A stretch of 64,000 nt of DNA, taken from contig NC_047072.1 in the NCBI RefSeq assembly GCF_902459465.1, forward strand, positions 15,103,776 to 15,167,775, given 5' to 3'. The notes beneath the pieces are model-generated. The model saw only the letters and a list, made by a program, of their open reading frames with translations. It was not told the origin of the DNA and did no database searches. Shown here piece after piece: positions 27,227-36,864 of the stretch (its first letter is position 1; every line of letters starts with the position of its first letter). Both the position numbers and the translations under genes were made by a program. The stretch is from Asterias rubens. Its lineage: Eukaryota.

Positions 27227-27600
27227 CTGTTTTAGGAGACAGAGAAATGAAGGCGGGTCAGGGCACAAGTAGCTCTACATGTAACATGCTGAATAATTAG
27301 TCCACTCTTTCTCAAAAAACAATTTGAGGTGCGCAAGGCTCAGACAGAGAGAGCAAGCCATCAAGTAAGTACATAGGAAAAAGAAATTTTTACCCCTTTC
27401 AAACCATGACACAAATTCTTCGGACACGACCTTAATCCTCAATATCTAATGAATAACATGATAACACCATTGAGAAAGTATTTCGAAAAAAAGTACAGAT
27501 CCCAGAGCATAACAGTCACAAATTTCCAAGGTTTTGAACCTATTTTGAACCTGTCGCTTTGCCATTTTGTGACTTCCCAATGTTCATTGCTGTTGGACTA

Positions 27601-27760
27601 AACCATTCTGTAAAAGGGGTGTTATAAGGCAGCGTGGCAGGGCGTGTGCGCTGTCCGTTTACTATGCCCGCTGTTCACTCACTAGCGCACTGCCGCTGCA
27701 CCCATTGTAACACCCCTATTACAGAATGGTTTAGTCAAACTCGGCTGCCGCTCGGTCGGC
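27601..27760. repeat. foldback (hairpin) element of about 130 bp with a 30-bp tail, copy 1, in RPL24 intron 2
   Basis: aaccattctgtaaaaggggtgttat ... taacacccctattacagaatggtt are inverted repeats. They are followed by agtcaaactcggctgccgctcggtcggcag. Confidence 0.6.
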
Positions 27761-28212
27761 AGGTCATCAATTCAATTGGCTGGTACCTGCGGTTGGGTTC
27801 AGCGCCTGGGGTCAGCGACAGGTTCAAAAATAGAACGTGGGAAATTTGTGACTGTTTCGCTCCCGGGATCTGGTAAGTTTTTGTCCTTTTTTTCAAAATA
27901 TTTTTTCAATTGTGTTTTTGGATGTTATTCATTAGATTAGACATTGAGCATTAAGTTCGTGTTCATAGAATTTGTGTCATGATTTTTTAAAGTGGTAAAA
28001 AATGAGCAAATCTGTTGACTTAAATATTTCGCACTGAATCGATAGCGAATAACTCGTAACCCTCCGGCTACGCTGTCGGCAGGAGGGTTACGTTATCGCA
28101 ACTACATTTTCTCCCCCAAATAATTATTTTCTTGATGATATTGACTGTCTATAATTCATTGTTAAATCTAGTCACTAGTCTGACATTTAATGGACGAAAT
28201 TGCACAGAAGTG

Positions 28213-29675
28213 TCTCCGTAACTGGTCGGTCGGTCTGTATAGTATTACAACGATCGAGTGGAGGCTGGAGCGGACTACTCCTAGAACTATTTCGGTTTTG
28301 TCCGTCTCCCGTAACCTCACGGCTGTGCGCCAAAAGTGTACATACTGGTACCCTGTGCGAGCTTCGTGGTTCTGTGTATCCTGGTGTCATGTGTTTTCAG
28401 TAGGATAACAGGAAAATTGTTCACAATCAAAAACTAAATATTTTTTTTTCAAATCATCTATCCAATTTTTTAACAATAACACTTTCATTTCATGGTGTGT
28501 TGAAATTTTTAAAGTTTTGGTTTTACGTTGCAAGAGACAGTCGGCCATTAACAGTGCTTGTGCATGCACGACATTGGAGCAACGTCATATGTTTTCACAC
28601 CTTTCATTGGTTGGTATTTTATTGAATATTCAGAAGCTAGTATGGCGGGCAAAGTAAATCAAAATTATTATTCAATTAGTACTTGACAAATTTAATTACA
28701 TTTTTGTCCTAAGGCATTATGGCTACAATATTATAATCCAGAGATATCATAAGGCATGAAAGTAAAACACCCCAACCCCCCCCCCCCCCTTGATGCACTC
28801 ACACTTCATAACAATCCGTTTTCCCCCATTTCAGACCAGTAATGTTTGGTTTGGTTTCAGGAGATAAGAAACCAATCTATGATATTTTCTCTTAAATGTA
28901 GACTTAATATTTATTAAGCTTATCGGAATTTATAACAGTTATGCAGTAAATAAATAAAAAAAATTGTTGTCATTTTCACTTAAAATATTTTAATATTTTC
29001 CCCACATTTGCGCACCATAGAATCCCAAATAGTAACCACCTAACGTGATCCATCTAGTGACTCAAGCAGAGTGAAACTCAATCTAGCAGATAGTAAATTT
29101 GTTTGGAACTTTCGAGGTTGGATGATGTTTCTTTGACTCACTTGAATGTTGGCATAATAATGCAATTGTGATTAGTACCAAAAATCAATCATTTTATAAA
29201 TGTTTGAGCATAACCAACGACAGGAAACTTTATTCTCGGCATGATTAAGCCTGATGAAAATACAGACCGTGAGTAAACTGCATAGCTTCTGTCACCGGTG
29301 CAGCTTGCACAATTTCGTGGTAAACGGGAATCAAAGTTGGGGACCGAAAACATATGAGGGTCGATAACGTATGACGCTACGATATGTTTTGTACACAAAG
29401 CACGGATCGTACCCGCCCTCTCGTGACGCGAATTCTATGGTCGCCCCCTGGCACATTGATCAAAGGACACAAAGCGCCTAATTTTGGCGAGATTAAAAAA
29501 AAAAAGGAGAGACTTCTGATTAAAAAATTCATTGAACCCATGGGTCGTTAAACGCGTGAGAGATATAAACCTATGAGGTTACGGGAGACGATAGCCGGAC
29601 GAAACCGAAATAGTTCTAGGAGTAGGAGCGGGCTACATATTGCGACCGGACGAGTACGATTATTGCAACTTTAGA
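28213..29675. mobile_element. TIR-bounded element of about 1.46 kb in RPL24 intron 2 (possible non-autonomous DNA transposon)
   Basis: 28213-28320 is the reverse complement of 29574-29675, with a core of about 55 bp (tgaggttacgggagacg..aaaccgaaatagttctaggagtag) that is nearly identical. The interior is AT-rich and non-coding. The ORFs at 28187-28408 are GC-rich TIR artefacts. Confidence 0.45.
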
Positions 29676-29841
29676 GTCGTTATGGCATGAATTGTTCACT
29701 AAGGGAGCATTTGGCAAAGCAAAGAGGTTGTATCTCAGTTAAAAGACCCTTAACTATTATATTAATATGTTTAATAAAAATTACAAATAAGACTACGATA
29801 AGAGGAGTAAAACGGCCGTAGGGCGACTGTTACTTGCTTAC

Positions 29842-29917
29842 CTTGCCATCGATTCTTGCGAATCGGATGCCATGTCCGGCATGAATTTTGTACCCACTGA
29901 AATGGCACAACTCCTGC
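29842..29917 (-). CDS. RPL24: ribosomal protein L24, exon 2
   Basis: Acceptor tcttag|G. (K)[25 protein letters not shown] aligns to human RPL24 (K)[25 protein letters not shown]. Donor AAG|gtaagc. The length of 76 nt is phase-consistent. Confidence 0.9.
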
Positions 29918-30052
29918 CTAAGATAAAAACAAAATACAAAGAAATGTCAAATTTAAGAACTGAAATTTGAACAGGTATTACGAGAAATATATATTTTTCC
30001 GGTTTTATGGTGATGTGGTGAGATTGAATAAGATCGGATTCCGGATACTTAC

Positions 30053-30057
30053 TTCAT
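30053..30057 (-). CDS. RPL24: ribosomal protein L24, exon 1 (ATGAA only; most of the exon is 5' UTR)
   Basis: The minus-strand sequence CTTTTCCCTAGAAAGTCGTCAAAATGAA|gtaagt has the start codon immediately followed by a consensus donor, as in many ribosomal-protein genes. Joining to exon 2 gives [14 protein letters not shown]. Confidence 0.75.
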
Positions 30058-30080
30058 TTTGACGACTTTCTAGGGAAAAG
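30058..30080 (-). promoter_or_regulatory. RPL24: RPL24 5' UTR with a terminal-oligopyrimidine (TOP) motif, CTTTTCCCT at 30072-30080; likely transcription start
   Basis: The minus-strand pyrimidine tract CTTTTCCCT lies 15-23 nt upstream of the ATG. Ribosomal-protein genes start transcription at a C within such a tract. Confidence 0.5.
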
Positions 30081-30212
30081 GCTGTAGGTCATCGTCTGGC
30101 ATTGAACCTACACAGGAGGGCGCTATGCCGATTTAACGGTGGCGATTTTTTTTTGGCAGAAAAATTAACGGTGGTGTTAAATACCGCCCTCATACGTTTG
30201 GACGTAAGTATA

Positions 30213-30220
30213 TGACGTCA
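30213..30220. promoter_or_regulatory. perfect palindromic CRE (TGACGTCA) in the RPL24 promoter, about 135 bp upstream of the TOP motif
   Basis: tatgacgtcatc was read directly. Flanking repeated motifs ttaacggtgg (30143 and 30178) and gggcgctat (30117 and 30301) suggest further factor sites. Confidence 0.4.
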
Positions 30221-31237
30221 TCATTCTGAAACGCAATGCATGATGGGACAATATTAAGGGTCAAAAGTCAATTGATACTGCATAAGCTTTAAATGTAAGA
30301 GGGCGCTATTTAACCACACCGTATACAATCCAATTTAGACATCGGTCGATGACAGAAAATGTCAAAATTTCGAAAAAGGAATACAGCGCCCCAGTTACTG
30401 GGTCTAATAACAGCACAACATTGTTGTAACAAGGTGGTGGGCTAAGTGACCCCATTAATTTTATTTCTAGCCCTGTTTATAGGAGCAAAAAACTGTGCCA
30501 CTGCCAGGAGTAAAATTTAGTGGAATAAAGTTTATTGAAACAAAGTAATATATCAAAGTGTTCTTGGACCCTCATTTAGAGGATTGTTTTATTTAGAATA
30601 AAATACAAATATTTTCCAGCACTGAACTTTGTATGAAATTTCAAAAAAGTGTATGAATTATTCCTTTAGAGGTGATTAAATTAAATTAACTTGGCAAGGT
30701 ATAAAACATTATTACAGATAAAATAGTTAATAAAACAATTAACTATTTTTATTCTGAGACAAGATCATAAAACCTTGGTGCTAGGCTATTCTTTTCACAG
30801 TAAATCAATCAATCTATATGCATACAATAGTAGAGTGTAATCAATTTAGTTTCTTGCAGTAACACTATCAATCAAGATTACTTCTCCAATAGTTGATAGG
30901 CAAACTCCTTTGCGTAGTTATGTTGAAGGCAAACTTTCAACCTGCTCAAGGTCAAAGCGAGTTGTGGTGTTACTTTACGCCCACTATCTCTTTTGAACTT
31001 TAATTTTTGACTTGAAACTCTTAATTCTTTAGTTGTTTCAGAGTAAGAATTGTCATGTTACACTTCTCAACTAAAAATGAATAGATGTAAATTTGCACCA
31101 GGGATAATGGAATATTAATTAATTATGGTTAACCCATTTTACACTGATGTAAATAACGACTGTGATTTTTTACAAAATATTAATTTAAAAAAATAATGAA
31201 TACTTTGTAAAAAAACAAAAAAACTAAGAGTCCTTCC

Positions 31238-31455
31238 TTATTCTTTGGCATTCATGTCATGTTTGAGTTTAGCCAAGGCAACCAGTCTTCTATCTCGCCA
31301 TTGACGTCTCTCCTGCAGTTGATCAAGTGGAAATCTTGTAGCACTTTCTGCAAAAATAGCATCACTTCCTTCTTCCTTAAAGTTTGGAGGTGGTCCAAAT
31401 GATGAAGTGACTCTGTTGATAGTGGGACCGTAACGTTCCATGTAGTTGGATGTAC
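31238..31455 (-). CDS. CRYL1: CRYL1 homolog, last exon with stop
   Basis: TSNYMERYGPTINRVTSSFGPPPNFKEEGSDAIFAESATRFPLDQLQERRQWRDRRLVALAKLKHDMNAKE, then stop. It aligns to human [26 protein letters not shown]...AARRQWRDECLMRLAKLK. ORF-track ORF 31238-31660. Confidence 0.9.
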
Positions 31456-31576
31456 CTAAACAAGATAAACAGTTCACATTTTTAAAACAGAAAGTCTTGA
31501 CACATTTACATGTAATAGACTTTTTTATCAAGGAGGCCCCAAAAGACTGTGTGGTGTTTTTGTTGATAATTCTTAC

Positions 31577-31682
31577 CCTCAGCATTAAGGTGAATGACTT
31601 CAAATGGTCCACAGAACGCATATCGCATTCCCAATCCAGCTGTGAAAATCTTGTCCACATCTTCTGATGACATCACACCATC
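31577..31682 (-). CDS. CRYL1: CRYL1 homolog, exon 6
   Basis: [36 protein letters not shown] aligns to human [36 protein letters not shown]. Acceptor cccag|GAT; donor GAGG|gtaaga. Confidence 0.9.
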
Positions 31683-32141
31683 CTGGGACAAAAAAGGTGG
31701 CATAAAAGAAACAAAATGATGAGTATCTTTGATTTTGAAATAAATGAACCATGAACCACAAAAAGACTTCCAACAAAACTAAATTGTTATAATTGTTAGT
31801 TGATTTTTCACTAAAGCACAAGTAGTAAATTTTCCCAAAGCTGAATAGGATATACATGTACATGTATAAATAAAGCTGTATCAACACTTTTTGAAGCATA
31901 AAAGCAGAAGATAAATTCTAGGTTTCACATTACAAAATAACTTTTTCAATCATTACACAAAAGCTGTTACCATTACAGCACTATGGATACATTTCACAAA
32001 GAGATATGATTGATCTTTAGATCTACATCTATCGTAAATGTTTAGCAAAGTGTGACATCACGATACAAAACACTAAGCATATTGACAAATCATTTTACGA
32101 TGAATGTTGGTGTTTTATGAAACCTAGCCCTGGATACTTAC

Positions 32142-32336
32142 AGCAACCAACCTCCAGGCTTCATTGATGAGGGCATACTGCATACGGTTTGAAGCAAACC
32201 CATCAATCTCTCTCTTGACCGTCACAGGAACCTGACCAACTTCTTCTAGTAGTGACCGGGTACGTGACATAATGGACTGGTCAGTCCAAGAGTTGGGTAT
32301 GATCTCCACTAGAGGGCAATAGTACGGTGGGTTACA
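32142..32336 (-). CDS. CRYL1: CRYL1 homolog, exon 5
   Basis: CNPPYYCPLVEIIPNSWTDQSIMSRTRSLLEEVGQVPVTVKREIDGFASNRMQYALINEAWRLVA aligns to human [65 protein letters not shown]. The length of 195 nt fits 65 codons. Confidence 0.9.
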
Positions 32337-32443
32337 CTGTAATCAAAGAAATAACAAAATAAACACAACGTGAAACAATCATGTTCCTTTATGACCAAAA
32401 GCTTATAAAGTAGTATCCCACATTCCTTGTCCATATTACTTAC

Positions 32444-32605
32444 TGGATGGGCCACAATGCATTGGTTGCGGCGTTTGAGTTGATGAGTGAATTTAGAAGG
32501 CACTATACAGGATGTAGAACTACAAAGGACAGTAGAATCATCAGCGTACTGTTCCATCTGCATAAAGACTTTCCTCTTAAGATCTTCATTCTCTGGCACA
32601 CATTC
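32444..32605 (-). CDS. CRYL1: CRYL1 homolog, exon 4
   Basis: ECVPENEDLKRKVFMQMEQYADDSTVLCSSTSCIVPSKFTHQLKRRNQCIVAHP aligns to human [54 protein letters not shown]. Donor CCA|gtaagt. Confidence 0.9.
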
Positions 32606-32952
32606 CTGACAAGAAAAACAAGTAAAATAATAATAATAATAACAAATTCTTATATAGCGCATTTCACAATAAACTGTATCAATGCGCTTTACATTAGTCC
32701 CCTAGTCATTGGGCCAATAAACATCCCTTTAATCTTTCTCAACTCCCATTAGCGAGTATACAGCCCCGAGCTGCCGTGGCGCTCCGAAAGCTTTTCATTC
32801 ACAATATCAACCTCTACCCTCGCAGGTACACATCATAATCAAAATAGTGTGCGACCCATCACTGTAAGAAATGTTTCCTAGGTTAGAGTCGACATGGAAT
32901 ACTTGTTACGATTTCATGACAAAAATAAATCCAAAGTACAATATGAACCAAC

Positions 32953-33105
32953 CTGTACATGCACGGCACCAGTGACTGCATCCTTCATCTCCATGGTAAC
33001 ACTGATTAGCGCCCTCTGTTGCTCAGGAGACAGTGAGCCTCTTAACAGACCAGACTTCTTTAGTTCCTCCAACTGCTTTTCAATGTCTTCGAGAGCATTA
33101 GTCAA
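32953..33105 (-). CDS. CRYL1: CRYL1 homolog, exon 3
   Basis: LTNALEDIEKQLEELKKSGLLRGSLSPEQQRALISVTMEMKDAVTGAVHVQ aligns to human [51 protein letters not shown]. The length of 153 nt fits 51 codons. Confidence 0.9.
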
Positions 33106-33283
33106 CTGAAAGATAATCAACATTTTGAACTGAGTATTCAGAACAAGGCAATTGTTGAATCTAGTAAATATAGCAAAGGAGGAGGGATCACAGATAGTAA
33201 AATTCCTGATATTTTTTTGCCAACTTCTTATTTTGCTTTACGTTCTTGATTAACAAGGAGAAAATAAAACCCAATAAGCTTAC

Positions 33284-33365
33284 CTGTGATTGTTCAATGT
33301 CATATATGGTGACATTGTAACCTGCGCCAGCAAAGATCAAGGCCCAACTCCTTCCAATCAGACCA
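33284..33365 (-). CDS. CRYL1: CRYL1 homolog, exon 2
   Basis: [28 protein letters not shown] aligns to human [28 protein letters not shown]. Acceptor tacag|T; donor CAG|gtaagc. Confidence 0.9.
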
Positions 33366-33952
33366 CTGTAAAAAAAATAGAGGGAAAACACAATTCAGAA
33401 ACGAAAAATGGTTGAACACGGCCCATGCACCACTGCCTTTCCCTGATTGATTCACTAGGCACTCCTTATTGCGATAACGTAACCCTCCCCCCAATGGAGA
33501 AGCCGACGGAGGAGTGTTACTGATAGCTCACAGCTCACTCCTCCAGTAAAGTTGGGCTAAAATCATAGAGCTATATTAGCTCTTAGTAATAGTATTATGG
33601 CTTCAGTTTCTACTCCTTTTTTAAGTCAGATTTTGTTGTTTTTTGTAATTGTTAATAATAATGAATATAATATCAGCAAATTTTTATCAAATTTAATCAA
33701 TTTTTTGTTTTTTGTAATTTTAAACAACATAATAATGAATTTAAACACGTCAATTTATTTTATAGGGTATATTAGTTGCGATAACGTTTCCTAGCAAAAA
33801 ACACAATGTCAACAGATTTACATTAAACTTACACAGTTTGAAGATTATGATAGTAGAAAGCTTCCCTTGAAATTTTACTTACTGAGGTGCTGTACTTTTT
33901 GAGAAATTAGTAAAAGTAATAATTTTCATCTCAGTGCATGTAAAAACGCATT

Positions 33953-34331
33953 AAAGGCAGTGGACACTATTGGTAATGACTCAAAATATTTATCATCATA
34001 AAATCTTTCTTGATTACAAGCAATGGGGAGAGATAGATGGTATAAAACATTGCGAGAAACAGCTCCCTCTGAAGTGACGTAGTTGTCGAGAAAGAAGTAA
34101 TTTTCCACGAATTTGATTTTGAGACCTCAAGTTTAGAATTTGAGGTCTCGAAATCAAGCATCTGAAAGCACACAACTTCGTGTGACAAGGGTGTTTTTTT
34201 CTTTCGTTATTATCTCGCAAATTCGACGACCGATTGAGCTCAAATTTTCACAGGTTTGTTATTTTATGCATATGTTGAGATACAACAAGTGAATTGTCTT
34301 TACAATTACCAATAGTGTCCACTGTCTTTAA
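33953..34331 (-). mobile_element. MITE copy 3, inside CRYL1 intron 1
   Basis: Same TIRs and internal body as copies 1 and 2. Confidence 0.8.
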
Positions 34332-34668
34332 CCAGTTATGCTATGGTTTGGGTATAATATCATAACTGGTTAAGGGGATTTTACATGCTAAAATAGTTTT
34401 GGTCTCATGAGACCAAAACTATTTTGTGACTTGTTTTACTCCTTTCTCAAAAACTACACAACCTTAGTTAGTAATATTTGAAGGGAAGCTTTCCAATATC
34501 ATTATCTTCAAACCCTGTAAGTTTAATGTAAATCTGTGGACATTTTGAAAAAGTATCCGAATTAAGTCATTAACTTCTGTCATGTATTTTGTGATATTTT
34601 TAATTATATGGGGGCCTATTATATTAAAGTATTATTGATAATGAATTGAATTAAATTGAATTGAATAC

Positions 34669-34742
34669 CTGCCAATAATTCCAATCTTTCCTTTTCTAGT
34701 TGATGCTGGTGGTGGTAGCCCTGCTGCACTAGAATCTGCCAT
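34669..34742 (-). CDS. CRYL1: lambda-crystallin / L-gulonate 3-dehydrogenase (CRYL1 homolog), exon 1
   Basis: The minus-strand ATG at 34742 gives MADSSAAGLPPPASTRKGKIGIIG, then AG|gtattc. This is the start of the NAD-binding Rossmann GxGxxG motif (human [21 protein letters not shown]). Confidence 0.8.
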
Positions 34743-34805
34743 TTTGTATCCACTTCCAAACAACGTTTGTTGTGTGGAGCCAAACTGGAACTTTTTGTTC
34801 TCAAC

Positions 34806-34837
<32 letters not shown>

Positions 34838-35403
34838 CTCAATCAATCAAATCATAGAGGAAGGTCCTTCCTATATCATATGATCAAATCATGGAGGTAG
34901 CTCAATGATCAAACAAATCAACCCCTGCTTGTTGAAAACTTGAACTTGTTGGAATGTTGTGCAAGTTGTGGTTTGCAACTGAACCAGTTGAGACTGGCAC
35001 AGTCCCTCCCATTGTTATCTTTCTCATCTCATTCATGGGTCAATGATTTGATGATTTGGAAAAATAAAGATTGCACTTGTATCGTACAGCATGAAAACGA
35101 TACACTCTTTGTGATACAGTTGACAAGGGGAACGAGCGGAACTACATGATCTGGGCGGTACGCGTTACTCATCCACGTCACGACCCCATTCATTAGTGCA
35201 GAACACAGTAAATAAATAAATGACCCCTGGATATAAAGAGGAAAACATTACTAATATTGACCGTAAGGGGCGTTATTGCTCGATGTTGAGTTGACGAAAG
35301 AGGGCGTTCTTGTAAAAGGTTGAGGATTGACAGTTTTTGAAGTTTATTCCAACTACATAAATCTTATCCAGATATAAGCTACAAAACTGCTTATCCTACA
35401 AAC
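34743..35403. promoter_or_regulatory. divergent (bidirectional) promoter region between the CRYL1 ATG (34742, - strand) and the ATG of the unidentified gene (35404, + strand)
   Basis: The two start codons are 661 bp apart and in head-to-head orientation. The region contains a (CAAT)n/CCAAT array at 34806-34850 and a GC-rich block with cacgtcacg at about 35150-35185. Confidence 0.5.
34806..34850. repeat. (CAAT)n microsatellite beginning with CCAAT, in the CRYL1 / unidentified-gene divergent promoter
   Basis: ccaatcaatcaatcaatcaatcaatcaactcaatcaatcaaatcat. Confidence 0.8.
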
Positions 35404-35420
35404 ATGGGAAGTAGTTCAAG
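35404..35420 (+). CDS. unidentified conserved Ser/Lys-rich protein, exon 1 (MGSSS-)
   Basis: caaacATGGGAAGTAGTTCAAG|gtaaag. The ATG is in reasonable context and is followed by a strong donor. The phase joins exon 2. Confidence 0.5.
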
Positions 35421-36001
35421 GTAAAGGCAGTATCCTCAGTTTTAATTTCTGTATTTTAATCCCCCATAAAAACAAACAACAAGTCAAAAATTAGGCTGTT
35501 CGTATGTAGTGCCCAGTTTCCGGACATTAGACCTGCTACTCACCCGGCCTACTTCTACTAGGCTCCCTCGGAGCCTTATTAGGGGTCTTACTATTTTGGG
35601 CCTCCTCCTTAACGTTAAACATTTTATTAAAATCGGCGTTGATAGATGAAAGTTTTACGACCGTTAGCCACCAATAACTGAAGTTTCCTTTGTAAATTGT
35701 ATATTGTTTTTTTGTAGTAAAAAAAATTGACAACATAACCAACAAAACTTTCCCAGACCCCACACACTCAATAGACATAATGCTTGCATTTAATTTCCTT
35801 TTTGTTGAGTGAAGTTAAAAAACATCCTCAAAAAATGCAACTTTCTCTCTGCTCGGATACTCACTGTTCTTTTTCTGCCGCATCGCCAGTTTTTTTACTT
35901 CTCAATATATATGCTCAACGCTTTATTTTTTGGGTCACCAAGCGCTGAACCGCGGGTACAAGCCTATTGGATTGACGAACTGCCGCGGCCATTATAGACT
36001 A

Positions 36002-36160
36002 AACCATTCTGTGGAAGGGGTGTTACAGTTGGGCAGTGCGTGCAGCTATATGCGTGAACGGCAGGTATTGTAAATGGACAGCATTCACGCACTGCCGTAC
36101 TGACTTTTAACACCCCTTTTACAGAATGGTTAAGTCCGACTCGGCTGCAGCTCGGCAGTT
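36002..36160. repeat. foldback element copy 2 (same family), in intron 1 of the unidentified gene
   Basis: aaaccattctgtggaaggggtgtta ... taacaccccttttacagaatggtt, then agtccgactcggctgcagctcggcag. Confidence 0.6.
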
Positions 36161-36449
36161 CCTTAATCTAGTAGGCTGGTGCTTGCGTGTACAGCACTTG
36201 GTGACCAAAAATAAAGCGTTGAGCAAAGAAGTAAAAAAAATAGATTGTTTTTTCAGTTGTTTGCATATAATGTTTTTGCTTTTGCTATATTATATTTGGC
36301 TTCTCAAAATAGCCAGTTTGCAGTTAATGATGATTTGTGGGACATAGCATTATAACAACAATCAGCATACATTTTGTAAACATTGATATGGCATCCAGTA
36401 TTTCGATTTTCTCAATTTATTTGTTTAACCTTTGAACTTTTTAAATTAG

Positions 36450-36541
36450 GGGAAAGAATTCTAAGGAAGAAAGCAGATCAAGTAAGCGTCATGTTAGCAG
36501 CAGTAGTAGCGAGGACAGCAATTCAAGTAGTTCATCTTCAG
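36450..36541 (+). CDS. unidentified gene, exon 2 (serine-rich)
   Basis: Acceptor aattag|G. (R)GKNSKEESRSSKRHVSSSSSEDSNSSSSSS; donor TCAG|gtgatt. The length of 92 nt leaves phase 1. Confidence 0.55.
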
Positions 36542-36864
36542 GTGATTTATTCTTGGCAACAAGAAACTTTATGAAATTATATTTCATTAATCAATATGAC
36601 AACTCATGCTATTTGCCAGGTTTGCTTTTAAATTAAAATATTCAAGGACACTCTCATTAGGGGGCTTGAGGGTAGCACATAGATTCTCAGTTGTGGACTT
36701 GGCCAACCCTTCTCCATGCAATCCCCTTGGTTTCTGGCGATGCTACTGCTCTTTATGTATAATAAGGTTTTTACATGCTATAGTATCATGATCGTTGCTT
36801 GGGCATTTCTAAAATATCCCTGATATTTTTTTAATTAAATTTATTTCAAACTGTTCCCATGCAG

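Noticed and set aside
28187-28408. Three overlapping ORFs of 67-72 aa in a GC-rich patch.
   Set aside because: They coincide with the terminal inverted repeat of the 28213-29675 element. They reflect GC richness, not coding potential.
31600-31899. ORF of 99 aa on the minus strand partly overlapping CRYL1 exon 6.
   Set aside because: It is an alternative frame running into AT-rich intron sequence. The CRYL1 frame is fully explained by the homology-supported exons.
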